From: Pirellulaceae bacterium
GTDB taxonomy: Bacteria; Planctomycetota; Planctomycetia; Pirellulales; Pirellulaceae
Assembly: GCA_041752775.1 (NCBI GenBank)
Contig: JBGSVU010000821.1
Location: 1 to 30,211 of the forward strand
Reading direction: 5' to 3'
DNA: 30,211 nt
Shown here: positions 8,613 through 18,500 of the stretch, one piece after another
Numbering within the stretch: the stretch's first letter is position 1
Layout: every line of letters begins with the position of its first letter
The notes under the pieces: model-generated
What the model was told of the DNA's origin: nothing
Seen by the model: the letters and a program-made list of their open reading frames with translations, nothing else
The model's database searches: none
Position numbers and translations under genes: made by a program

Positions 8613-9626
8613 ATGGGACCGGGTGAGTTTGCGGCACTGGGCGCCGCCTGGTTTTGGGCCTGTTCCAGCATTCTGTGGGGAAGAGTTCATCTTTCTTCGC
8701 TGGAACTTAATTTTTTCAAAAACCTCTACGGCAGTTTGGTGCTGTTGCTGCATCTCGCAGCGGTTTCGCTGCTGGCGGGAACGACGCTGCTGGTGGCCGA
8801 CCGCGAGGCCTGGGGCTGGCTGGCCGCCAGCGGTTTGACCGGTATCGTCATCGGCGACACGGTTTACTTTCGCAGCATTCAGATTCTCGGTCCGCGGCGG
8901 GCGCTGGTCGTGGCATCGACGGCTCCCCTGTTCGCTGCGGCCCTCGGCTGGATTTTTCTCGGCGAGATTCTGGTGCCGATGCAGATTCTGGGAATCTTTC
9001 TGGCGGTTTCAGCGGTGATGGCGGTGGTGGCCGAACGCGTTGCGCACGATGATACTCCAGGAATGATGCCCGGCAGATATTCGTTGGGAATCACGCTGGG
9101 GCTGCTGGGTGGTTTCTGCCAGGCAGCGGGTGCCGTACTGGCCAGACGGGGGATGGTGGAGTGTCCGCCGCTGGAAGCGACCCTGATCCGGCTGCTGGTC
9201 GCGCTGACCGCGACAGCCGTGGTGGTCATGGTTCGCGGTCGCGTCAAAAACAGAATGGCAAAAATTTTCCGCCGCGAACATTTGCGACTGCTGATTCCCG
9301 CGGCCACACTGGGAACCTGGCTGGGGATCTGGCTCAGCCAGGTGGCCCTGAAAAATTCACCGGTGGCGACGGCGACGACATTGATGTCGATGTGCCCGCT
9401 GTTTGCGATTCCCATGGTCTGGATGATGTACCGGATTCGCACCACAGCAGCGTCGATTGCCTGGACCGTTCTGGCGGTCGCTGGAATCGGAATCGTGGTC
9501 TGCAACGACCCCAATCTCCGCAGCCAGGGAAACGGGACTCCGGTGGAAACGCCGCTGACCTGGCGGGATCAGGCCGTTTCCGGCCAGACTTCCGGTTCAC
9601 CCAGAAACAGTCGCCACTGGCGGTAG
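8613..9626 (+). CDS. DMT/EamA-family transporter
   Basis: About 10 hydrophobic helices in two repeats (GIVIGDTVYFRSIQILGPRRA / GTWLGIWLSQVALKNSPVATA); start placed at ATG 8613. Confidence 0.88.
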   Translation: MGPGEFAALGAAWFWACSSILWGRVHLSSLELNFFKNLYGSLVLLLHLAAVSLLAGTTLLVADREAWGWLAASGLTGIVIGDTVYFRSIQILGPRRALVVASTAPLFAAALGWIFLGEILVPMQILGIFLAVSAVMAVVAERVAHDDTPGMMPGRYSLGITLGLLGGFCQAAGAVLARRGMVECPPLEATLIRLLVALTATAVVVMVRGRVKNRMAKIFRREHLRLLIPAATLGTWLGIWLSQVALKNSPVATATTLMSMCPLFAIPMVWMMYRIRTTAASIAWTVLAVAGIGIVVCNDPNLRSQGNGTPVETPLTWRDQAVSGQTSGSPRNSRHWR

Positions 9627-10297
9627 CGCGGGTTGTTCAGCTTGCCCAGAATCAGGGGGCTCTGCCGCGGAGCAGCCGGTTTGCGTATCAGACACAGGCC
9701 GGCTTCGGCCGGCGTGCGGTCGCCCTTGCGATTGTTGCAGCGCAAACAGCAGCAGACGGCGTTGTCCCAGGTCGTCTCGCCCCCCCGGCTGCGCGGAACC
9801 ACATGGTCGATACTCAGTTGCGACAGTGGAAAAATCCGGCCGCAATACTGGCAACGGTGATCGTCGCGGGCAAACAGCGTCCGCCGGTTGAAACGCATCG
9901 AGATTCTCGGCACACGGTCGTAGCGCAACAACCGAATGATGCGCGGTACCAGCAGCGGGTGCCGCGCGGTTTGAATCCATTCGTGGTCATGACCAGGAGA
10001 GTGCGAGTCCGGGGTCGTGTGCAGCATCTGGCTGAACAGATTCCACGATTCAAAATCGTGCGTGGCGTACTGGCCATCGTCGATGCTGACGACTTCGACC
10101 AGATCCCTGTAGAGCAACACCAGCGAGCGCCGAACCGGAATGACATGGACCGGGGCGTAGTGCCGGTTCAGGACCAGTACGCTGCCATCCAGAGACGAAT
10201 AGTGTCCGCTGGCGTCCTGATGGTTCTCAGTCGCGCGGCTGGTCAGCGGTTTCTGTGGGTGAGGATGGGCTGTCGCGAACGTCAGGCTCCGGTTCAT
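9569..10297 (-). CDS. Stand-alone HNH endonuclease (McrA-like, zinc-binding)
   Basis: RCQYCG...SIDHVVPRSRGGETTWDNAVCCCLRCNNRKGDRTP, with the N-terminal VLVLNRHYAPV segment. The start (10297) is uncertain. Confidence 0.9.
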   Translation of the reverse strand: MNRSLTFATAHPHPQKPLTSRATENHQDASGHYSSLDGSVLVLNRHYAPVHVIPVRRSLVLLYRDLVEVVSIDDGQYATHDFESWNLFSQMLHTTPDSHSPGHDHEWIQTARHPLLVPRIIRLLRYDRVPRISMRFNRRTLFARDDHRCQYCGRIFPLSQLSIDHVVPRSRGGETTWDNAVCCCLRCNNRKGDRTPAEAGLCLIRKPAAPRQSPLILGKLNNPRYRQWRLFLGEPEVWPETA

Positions 10298-10625
10298 GAA
10301 TTTTTGTGGAAGGGCTGTCTCAGGCAATCGTTCACTTTTGAAGCGGATGAACGATGGCCTGGACTTTTGCACAATGGTACACGGGACGGGGCGGCGACGC
10401 CACTTTTTTTGACCCTGAGCGGGGAAAATTTATTTGGGCAGTGCCATCCGGGGATGGGGAGGATGCCGCGTGCCCGGGCCGATGCCAGCAGCGGAGAGAA
10501 TTTTTTTCGGGTTTCTGATTCTGTTTGCGTTCCGTGTTGCTTTTCACTTCGTCCCGGAACTAACATGATGACTCGCCGTCCGTCTGCTACGGATTTGCTG
10601 ACGAGCCATTCAGGGAGTCTTGAAC

Positions 10626-10931
10626 ATGATTCATTACACGTGCGACCGGTGTCATCGCTGCATCGACCCACGCCAGGAGATTCGATACACGGTACGAATC
10701 GAGATTATGGCGGCGGCGGATGAACATACCGGGCTGCATTCAATGGCCCACGATCATCTGGACGAAATCGAACAGATCATCGACGGGCTGGAGTCGGGCG
10801 ATTTGAACGACTGCGAGAGCGGGATGTACCGCCGCCAGGTTTTTGATCTCTGTTCCTCGTGCCACGACCGGTTTGTGCGTGATCCGGTTGGCCGCGAAAC
10901 CCAGGCCGAAGTCGGTTTCAGCGAAAACTGA
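10626..10931 (+). CDS. Small hypothetical protein with two CxxC motifs (probable zinc binder)
   Basis: MIHYTCDRCHR...FDLCSSCHDRF with an acidic middle; Shine-Dalgarno-like AGGGAG just upstream of ATG 10626. Confidence 0.75.
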   Translation: MIHYTCDRCHRCIDPRQEIRYTVRIEIMAAADEHTGLHSMAHDHLDEIEQIIDGLESGDLNDCESGMYRRQVFDLCSSCHDRFVRDPVGRETQAEVGFSEN

Positions 10932-11007
10932 AATCTGGCTCGTCGCGTGGCCGACCGTTGCCGGGGATACCCGGTCTTTCGTCCCCCTGTCCCGGTTCGG
11001 ATGGCGG

Positions 11008-11036
11008 TTGAGGCCATGGTCTTTCGCGGCTAGAAT
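11008..11036 (+). promoter_or_regulatory. Candidate sigma70 promoter of leuB
   Basis: TTGAGG (11008-11013), 17-bp spacer, TAGAAT (11031-11036), about 60 bp upstream of the ATG. Confidence 0.55.
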
Positions 11037-11096
11037 TTGCCTCTTTGACAACGAGCAGCAAATTCCGGAGCGCAGGGCAAACCTGGCGACACGCAG

Positions 11097-12155
11097 ATGA
11101 AGATTGCCGTAATTGGTGGTGACGGAACGGGCCCCGAAGTAACGGCCGAAGCGTTGAAGGTACTGGCGGCGGTCGCCCAGGCCGAAGGATTCCAGTACAC
11201 GCTGACCGACCTGGACTGGGGCAGCCAGCGCTATCTGAAAACTGGCGAGATCATTCCCGATGGTGGCCTGGACCAGTTGCGCCGGCACGACGCCGTGTTT
11301 CTCGGTGCGGTCGGACACCCGGACGTAAAACCGGGACTGATCGAAAAAGGCCTGCTGCTCACGACACGTTTTGAACTGGACCAGTACATCAACCTGCGCC
11401 CCGTCAAGCTTTACCCCGGTGTTGAAACGCCGCTGGCCGGCAAGACACCCGAGGACATTGATTTTGTGGTCGTGCGGGAAAACACCGAAGACCTCTACGC
11501 CGGTATCGGCGGTTTTCTGAAAAAGGGAACCCCCGACGAAGTGGCCACCCAGACGGCGATTTACACCCGCAAGGGATGCGAGCGCTGTATCCGCTGGGCT
11601 TTTGAGTACACACGCAAACGGAACAACCCCAAAGGCAAACGTCTGACGCTGGTCGCAAAAACCAACGTCCTGACCTACGGTCACGATCTCTGGATGCGGA
11701 CTTTTGAGGAAGTCGCCGCCGAATATCCCGACGTGCAAACCGACTACAACAATGTCGATGCCTGTTGCATGTGGATGGTCAAAAGCCCCGAGTTCTACGA
11801 CGTGATTGTCACCACCAACATGTTCGGCGACATTATCACCGATATCGGTGCCATCATTCAGGGTGGCCTGGGCGTGGCTGCCGGTGGCAATATCAACCCC
11901 GACCCGGGCGGCACCAGCATGTTCGAACCGATGGGCGGCAGCGCACCCAAGGACACCGGCAAAAACGTGATCAACCCGATCGCCGCCATTGGTGCCATGG
12001 GCATGTTGCTGGAACACACCGGGCAACCCCGCGCGGGCCAGCGGATCCTCGGCGCCATTCAAACCGTGACCGGAACGAAGATGACCAGCCAGTCGGCAGG
12101 GAAAATGGGCTATTCCACCACCGAGGTCGGCGACCTCGTGTGCCAGGCACTTTGA
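11097..12155 (+). CDS. leuB: 3-isopropylmalate dehydrogenase (beta-decarboxylating dehydrogenase family)
   Basis: IAVIGGDGTGPEV, EKGLLLTTRFELDQYINLRP, VRENTEDLY, VAKTNV, VDA, MFGDIITD and MFEPMGGSAPK; the EKGLL substrate loop favours IPMDH over isocitrate dehydrogenase. Confidence 0.82.
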   Translation: MKIAVIGGDGTGPEVTAEALKVLAAVAQAEGFQYTLTDLDWGSQRYLKTGEIIPDGGLDQLRRHDAVFLGAVGHPDVKPGLIEKGLLLTTRFELDQYINLRPVKLYPGVETPLAGKTPEDIDFVVVRENTEDLYAGIGGFLKKGTPDEVATQTAIYTRKGCERCIRWAFEYTRKRNNPKGKRLTLVAKTNVLTYGHDLWMRTFEEVAAEYPDVQTDYNNVDACCMWMVKSPEFYDVIVTTNMFGDIITDIGAIIQGGLGVAAGGNINPDPGGTSMFEPMGGSAPKDTGKNVINPIAAIGAMGMLLEHTGQPRAGQRILGAIQTVTGTKMTSQSAGKMGYSTTEVGDLVCQAL

Positions 12156-13240
12156 GGTGCCGCGGCGGGAACCCCACTCGCTGGCGGCAATCCTGTCGCA
12201 GTCGCCGGCCTGTCCGGCCAACCCAGCTGAAACAGTTTTTCGCGGGCCGCCACGAAATCTTCGGCCGCCATGCGGACCTCGGCCGGCAACAATTTCGCAT
12301 CGCGGTCGAGTTGATCCGACAGAGGTGACTGCACGAGGTCACTGACCCATCCGGCGGCCAGGCGGGAACTGCTCCCCTGCCCCGCCTGTTGAAAATGAGC
12401 CAGCAACGTGCGCGGTTTGGCAGCGGCAACCGTTCGCAAATGTTCTGCCCACACTGCCCGCAGCTGCTGTTCGTGCCGAATGTAGTCCGACGCGATATTT
12501 CTCGCGTCGCCATCCCCCTTGAGGTAAGCCGCAACAATAAAGGCCGAACTGGCTGACACCGGTTCCCGGAATCCGGCAAACCCCTTTTTGTGACCATCAG
12601 CCTGACAGACCACCCGCAGAATACCCCCTCGCCACGAACGGGGCACCCGCCAAACCAGCGAGACCTCGCGGCCGCCTTCGAGGGCATACTGCCGTGACGG
12701 ATGATAGCGGAAAAAAGCACCGGTGCCGCGCTGAATCGTGCCGCTGGCGACCAGCATTTCGTGCTGGGGGATCTCCTCGAATCGCGTCGTTTCAGAGTTT
12801 CGCGTTCCGCCTTCCAGATGCGCGCCAGGCTGGACCTGCACGACGGTCGATTTCAGGTCCAGCGCTGCCTTCAGCGAATGTTCCGTCTGGTTTTCGGTTG
12901 CAACGACCCCGTTGACGGGCGACTGCATCAGCGTGCGCGGGCTGTAATCCACCAGGGGACAGACGTTGCGATTCCAGTGGACATCGAACCGGAATTCTTC
13001 GAACTCGCGCCGCTCGTCCGGGGTCACCCAGCACGACAGCGGCAACACGATCTGAACCAGTTGCTCATCGGTCAGCAGTCCTGTATTGGCAGCCGGAAGG
13101 ACCTCGCAGGCCTCCACCAGTGCCGGGACGTCGAAACGAACCGCAGCCTCCTGCGCCAGGCCGTCCTGGGGAATCATCGGGAACAGGAGCAGAATGACAG
13201 CAAACGTCTTCGAAAACAAATTGGCAGGTTTCTGGACCAC
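12110..13240 (-). CDS. Hypothetical secreted protein (about 376 aa)
   Basis: GTG at 13240 with GGAG upstream; signal-peptide-like start (VQKPANLFSKTFAVILLLFPMIPQDGLA|QE); globular-looking body; 3' end overlaps the leuB 3' end by 46 bp. Confidence 0.65.
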   Translation of the reverse strand: MVQKPANLFSKTFAVILLLFPMIPQDGLAQEAAVRFDVPALVEACEVLPAANTGLLTDEQLVQIVLPLSCWVTPDERREFEEFRFDVHWNRNVCPLVDYSPRTLMQSPVNGVVATENQTEHSLKAALDLKSTVVQVQPGAHLEGGTRNSETTRFEEIPQHEMLVASGTIQRGTGAFFRYHPSRQYALEGGREVSLVWRVPRSWRGGILRVVCQADGHKKGFAGFREPVSASSAFIVAAYLKGDGDARNIASDYIRHEQQLRAVWAEHLRTVAAAKPRTLLAHFQQAGQGSSSRLAAGWVSDLVQSPLSDQLDRDAKLLPAEVRMAAEDFVAAREKLFQLGWPDRPATATGLPPASGVPAAAPQSAWHTRSPTSVVE

Positions 13241-13565
13241 GAATTCAGCACTCCGAAAAAACGGGGCATTGGTTTGTCGCTGGACCTCCTGACCAAGTGG
13301 ACAGCACATTGCGGGAAACGGTCACTTCATGAGACCGGATGACACGATTCAGTGAGCCGAACTGCTTCGCACCGCCCAAAGAGCGGACACCTGATACGCA
13401 GCAACGCCCCCCCGGGTTCGTTCCGCGTCAACCAGTAAACCGGTCTGCCAGCAATTGCCACAGGGAAAACCGGTTCACCGGCCAGGAATTCCCGACAACG
13501 GGCCGCGAATCCGGCACGGGCCGCAAGGTTTGACAGGCTGGGAGCCCGCAGCCCGAGAACGGCGG

Positions 13566-15269
13566 TCAGGCACCGCGCTGGAGCGGTGTCGACGAAAAAT
13601 TGCGGGCCGAGAGAATCCGCTGGGCACCAAGTTGCCCCAGCCGCTGATGCGCCGACTGAATCATCGGTTCTTCGCTGGCACTGCCTGTGGAAACCACCAT
13701 CGCACAGGGCGTCAGTTTTTTGCAGGCACTCATTTCCGCCACCACCTGATTCACCGGTCCTGCATCGATCAGCACCAGGTCGAACAAATCACCAGCACTT
13801 TCCAGCAACTCGCCGAGGCGGTCCAGAACAAAAGGCGGCCAAAGCTGGCGATTGCGGACCTTGCCCGTTGTCGCAAACGCAATCCCGGTCCGCGAAGAGC
13901 GGACCAGCCCGGTGGTAACAAAGTCTTTGCCGCGCGTGACCGCCGGCCAGGACCGCGCCGGGTCGCGACCCAGCATCCGCGTCAAACCGGCAGCCTGCAA
14001 ATCGGCATCCACCACCAGAACCTTCCGCCCGCCCGCGACTGCCCAGCGTCCCAGCGTCAGGGCCAGTGTCGTGGCGCCCACTCCACGCTGGACTCCACTC
14101 ACCAGGATCCGGCTGGATCGACCGGAGAGTATTTTTTCCATCCCTTCCGCGAGGCGGCTGATAAAAGGCCAGCCTGCTCCCAGCAGGAGATCGGAAACGT
14201 ACGGCCACGCGGGCTCAGGGAACAGCGGAATCGACTCCAGCTGGAATTTTTCCCCGGCTGCAGGCGTCTGTTTTGATGCAGGAACCTGTGCCTTGGAAGC
14301 CTGTGTCACTGGCGCCTGAACTGGACGCGGCGGAATTGCAACAGGTTGCGCACTCGGCGTTTGCTCCGCCACCGGTTTGACCAGCGGTTTTTCGACCGGC
14401 ACAGCAACCGGTGTCCCGCGCGTCGCGGGTGACACGGAGTGCACGGCGGGCTGCGGCCGACTAGCCGTGGGAACAGGTTTTCCGTCTGGTTTCGAGGCAG
14501 GCCCGAAAGCAGGATTCGCCTCGGTTTTTGCAGCTGGTTTTGCAGTGGGTGCCACTGCAGTTTGCAGCCGAACGCGAGAATCCTGTCCCAGTCGTTTTTC
14601 GGGTGAGCCCTGTACGGGCGTATCGACCAGATTTCTGGTATCGCGTGTGCCCGTTGAATGGGAATGGATCTCGGCGTGCGGTTTGCGAATGTCCTTGCCG
14701 AACGGATCCTTGCTGGAAACAAAACGGGGCCGGTCGTATTCTCCGTTCTGTTTCGTAACGGGCACTGGCAGGGTCGCAAACCCTTTGGGCCGGATCTCGT
14801 TTGGCCCGATGCCAGTCTCGATCCGCAGCGTTTTGTGCTCATGGTGGATGATGTTCGGCGATTCGGCGGGTTTCGTTTGTGCGAATCGCGGCGGGGCAAT
14901 TTCGTCTTCGGCAGTGGCACAGACTTCTGACCATCCCACGAACATTTCCACGGCGCTCCGCGGCAGGTGAGTCGCCGTCGGTGTGGCATGTCCCTGGTCG
15001 ATTCGCATGCGGCGGGAATCGTCGCCGGAATCGTTATTCGTACTGGACTGGCCGGGTGCCTGCAGCGGGAGCAAGCTGGCGTCAGCCTGACCCGACCGTT
15101 TGATGTCGTCTGGCACACGACGCGTTGGGAACCTGAAATGGGGACTTGCCAGCGGATGCCGCCAGGTGGAATGTTGCGAGTCGGAAGATTGTTGGGGTGG
15201 CGCGGCGGCCGGTTCGGGTTGGGTCTGGCGGTTCCGGTTGCTGGTGGAGGGTGTTGCAGATTGAGTCAT
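13566..15269 (-). CDS. Protein with a long low-complexity N-terminus and a C-terminal degenerate ParA/MinD/BY-kinase-like P-loop domain
   Basis: C-terminal about 200 aa contain RILVSGVQRGVGATT, KVLVVDADL and FDLVLIDAGP; the N-terminal about 350 aa are P/A/T/S/Q-rich with no TM segment. Confidence 0.72.
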   Translation of the reverse strand: MTQSATPSTSNRNRQTQPEPAAAPPQQSSDSQHSTWRHPLASPHFRFPTRRVPDDIKRSGQADASLLPLQAPGQSSTNNDSGDDSRRMRIDQGHATPTATHLPRSAVEMFVGWSEVCATAEDEIAPPRFAQTKPAESPNIIHHEHKTLRIETGIGPNEIRPKGFATLPVPVTKQNGEYDRPRFVSSKDPFGKDIRKPHAEIHSHSTGTRDTRNLVDTPVQGSPEKRLGQDSRVRLQTAVAPTAKPAAKTEANPAFGPASKPDGKPVPTASRPQPAVHSVSPATRGTPVAVPVEKPLVKPVAEQTPSAQPVAIPPRPVQAPVTQASKAQVPASKQTPAAGEKFQLESIPLFPEPAWPYVSDLLLGAGWPFISRLAEGMEKILSGRSSRILVSGVQRGVGATTLALTLGRWAVAGGRKVLVVDADLQAAGLTRMLGRDPARSWPAVTRGKDFVTTGLVRSSRTGIAFATTGKVRNRQLWPPFVLDRLGELLESAGDLFDLVLIDAGPVNQVVAEMSACKKLTPCAMVVSTGSASEEPMIQSAHQRLGQLGAQRILSARNFSSTPLQRGA

Positions 15270-15560
15270 GAGCGAGATCTTTTTCTGTAGGGACAGAAGG
15301 TGGTAACCGGCGGCCGACCTGGTTTGTTCAGAAATGGGGACGGTCCGGCGAGTGCAGTCGCCAGCCCTGAAAAACCGGAAAAGAGCTCAGGCCTGGTGAA
15401 GCGTTTCGGCGGGTCGCAACGGATTGCCAGGAAATCAGGTTTCTTCCATGAAAATCGGCCAGCGTTGAGTCCGCCTTGAATGGCTGATAAAGTAGTCTGG
15501 TTAGTCAATTTCTGCGGCCCGGTTTTGGCCGCAGATTCGTCAAAGCCCGGGAGTTGTCGT

Positions 15561-18500
15561 TTGTCCACTCAATCCATTGCCACCACTGCCGATTTGCTCC
15601 GCGACCGGCTGGAGCATTCTGTCCTGATTCTCGACGGCGCGATGGGGACGATGGTCCAAGCCCTGAAGCTGGACGAAATGGCGATGCGCGGTGAACGATT
15701 TCGGGATCACCACAAGGACCTCAAAAATTTCACGGATATCCTCTGCCTGACGCATCCTGACAAGGTTACCGAAATTCACCGCCAGTATTTTGCCGCGGGT
15801 GCGGACATCGTCGAAACCAACACCTTTGGGGCCAGCGTGGCCGGCATGGAGGACTTTGATTTCGCCAACGCAACCGAACTGGTGCGCGAAATCAATTTGG
15901 CGGCAGCGGCCTGTGCCCGCCGCGCCTGCGATGAATTCAGTGAGCGGACTCCCGACCGTCCGCGGTTTGTGGCGGGCTCGATTGGACCCACCGCCAAACA
16001 GACCGCGATCAGCACCAAAGTTGACGACCCTTCGTTTCGCAACACGAATTTCCAGGAAATGGAGGCGTCCTACTATGCCCAGGTCGCCGCGCTGGTCGAG
16101 GGCGGCGTCGATATTCTGCTGCCCGAGACCGTGATTGACACGCTGAACCTGAAAGCCTGCCTGTTCGCCATCCAGCGGTATTTTGACACCACCGGCAATG
16201 TGGTTCCGGTGATGGTTTCAGGAACCTTTGACCGCGGCGGTGCGACTTTTGTCTCCGGCCAGTCGGTGGAAGCGTTCTGGAATGCGATCGCGCATTTTCC
16301 CGTCCTGAGTGTCGGAATCAACTGCGCCCTCGGCCCGGAACTGATGCGGCCTTTTGTCGAGGAGCTTTCAAAAATTTCCTCTGCGAAAGTCAGTTGTCAC
16401 CCAAACGCCGGGCTGCCAAATGAAATGGGGCAGTACGACATGACTCCGGCGCGGATGGCCCAACTGGTGGGCGAGTTCGCGGACAACGGCTGGGTCAACA
16501 TCGTTGGTGGCTGTTGTGGAACCAGTCCTGGCCATATCGCCGCGATTGCCGACCGGATGAAACAGTCCAAACCGCATCGCGCCGGGGCCTTGCCGGCATG
16601 GACCCGGCTCAGCGGGACGCAACCTCTTACGCTCCGGCCCGACGCAAATTTCCTGATGATCGGCGAGCGCACCAACGTGACTGGATCCCGGATGTTTGCC
16701 CGGCTGATTCGCGACGGAAAATTCGAAGACGCCGTCGAAGTCGCCCGGCAACAGGTCGAGGGCGGCGCGGCGGTGATCGACATCAATATGGACGACGCCC
16801 TGCTGGATGGCGAAGAGGCCATGGAAAAGTACCTCCGCCTGATTGCCGGTGAATCCGACATCAGCCGCGTGCCCGTGATGATCGACAGCAGCAAGTGGTC
16901 CGTAATCGAACGCGGTTTGCAAAACGTTCAGGGCAAGGCCATCGTCAATTCGATTTCGATGAAAGACGGAGAGCAGGCGTTTGTTCAGCGGGCCAGACTC
17001 GTCCGCCAGTACGGAGCCGCAGCCGTGGTCATGGCTTTTGACGAGAACGGCCAGGCGGTCGAAAAAGACGACAAGGTCCGCATTTGCCAGCGGGCCTACA
17101 AGATACTCACCGAAGAAGTCGGCTTTCCCCCCGAAGACATTATCTTCGATCCGAATATTCTGACTGTCGCGACGGGCATTGAGGAACACAATAATTACGC
17201 CGTCAACTTCATCGAAGCGACCCGCGAAATCAAGGCCACCTGTCCGGGCGCCAAAGTCTCCGGCGGCGTGAGCAACGTCTCCTTCAGCTTCCGCGGCAAT
17301 GATGTCGTGCGCGAAGCGATTCATTCGGCGTTTCTGTTCCATGCCATCCGCGCTGGACTGGATATGGGGATTGTCAATGCCGGGCAGCTCGCAATCTACG
17401 AAGAAGTTCCGAAGGATTTGCTGGAGCACGTCGAGGATGTGCTGTTCAATCGCCGCCCCGATGCTACGGACCGGCTGGTGACGCTGGCCGAATCGTTTCT
17501 GGGCAAAGGCAGCAAGAAAGCGGTCGAGGACCTCGCCTGGCGCGAAACGACTCCCCAGGAACGGATCAAATATGCCATGATCCGGGGGATCGACCGTTTC
17601 ATCGTCGAGGACGTCGATGAAGCCCGCCAGCACTACAACCGCTGCCTGCAGATTATCGAAGGCCCCATGATGGACGGCATGGCCGTGGTGGGTGATCTGT
17701 TCGGGGCCGGGAAAATGTTTCTGCCCCAGGTGGTAAAAAGCGCCCGCGTGATGAAAAAAGGCGTCGCCCACCTGTTGCCTTTCATGGAAGCCGAGAAAGA
17801 GGCCTCCGGGCAGGCGACCCAGGAGTTTCGCGGCAAAATTCTGCTCGCCACCGTCAAAGGCGACGTACATGATATTGGCAAAAACATCGTCGGCGTTGTG
17901 CTGGCATGCAACAACTACGAAATTATCGATCTCGGCGTGATGGTTTCGGCCGAGAAAATTCTCGACACGGCAATTCGTGAAGGCGTCGATATCGTCGGTC
18001 TGAGCGGACTGATTACCCCCAGCCTGGACGAGATGGCCCACGTCGCCCGCGAAATGAAGCGGCGCGGATTGACCATCCCGCTGCTGATCGGCGGCGCCAC
18101 CACCAGCGACAAACATACGGCAGTAAAAATCGCCCCGCAGTACGACCACCCGGTGATTCATGTGCTGGATGCGTCCCGCAGCGTGGGCGTCGTGGAGAAA
18201 CTGACCAATCCTGACCGGCTGGCCGAATGCGACCGCGAAAACCGCGAACTGCAGCAGCAGTTGGTCGATTCCTACGAATCCCGCCAGCTGACTTTGGTCC
18301 CGTACAACGAAGCCCTTCAAAACCGCTTTCCGACCGACTGGAACACCGTCCGGATCGATCGCCCCTCCTTTTCCGGGACGCGCGTGATCGATGGATTGCC
18401 GCTGGAAAAACTGGTGGACTACATCGACTGGTCTCCGTTTTTCCAGTCCTGGGAGCTGCACGGAAAGTACCCCAAAATATTCGACGACAAAGTCGTCGGC

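Noticed and set aside
9569-10297. HNH gene as an IscB/Cas9-like, homing or restriction nuclease
   Set aside because: No RuvC segments, no flanking structured RNA or element ends, no intron context and no methylase; consistent with the common stand-alone HNH family.
11037-11096. Leucine attenuator leader before leuB
   Set aside because: No Leu-rich leader peptide or terminator hairpin in the short leader.
15270-15560. Cobalamin or SAM riboswitch upstream of metH
   Set aside because: No B12-box or S-box consensus recognised by eye; an Rfam scan would be decisive.
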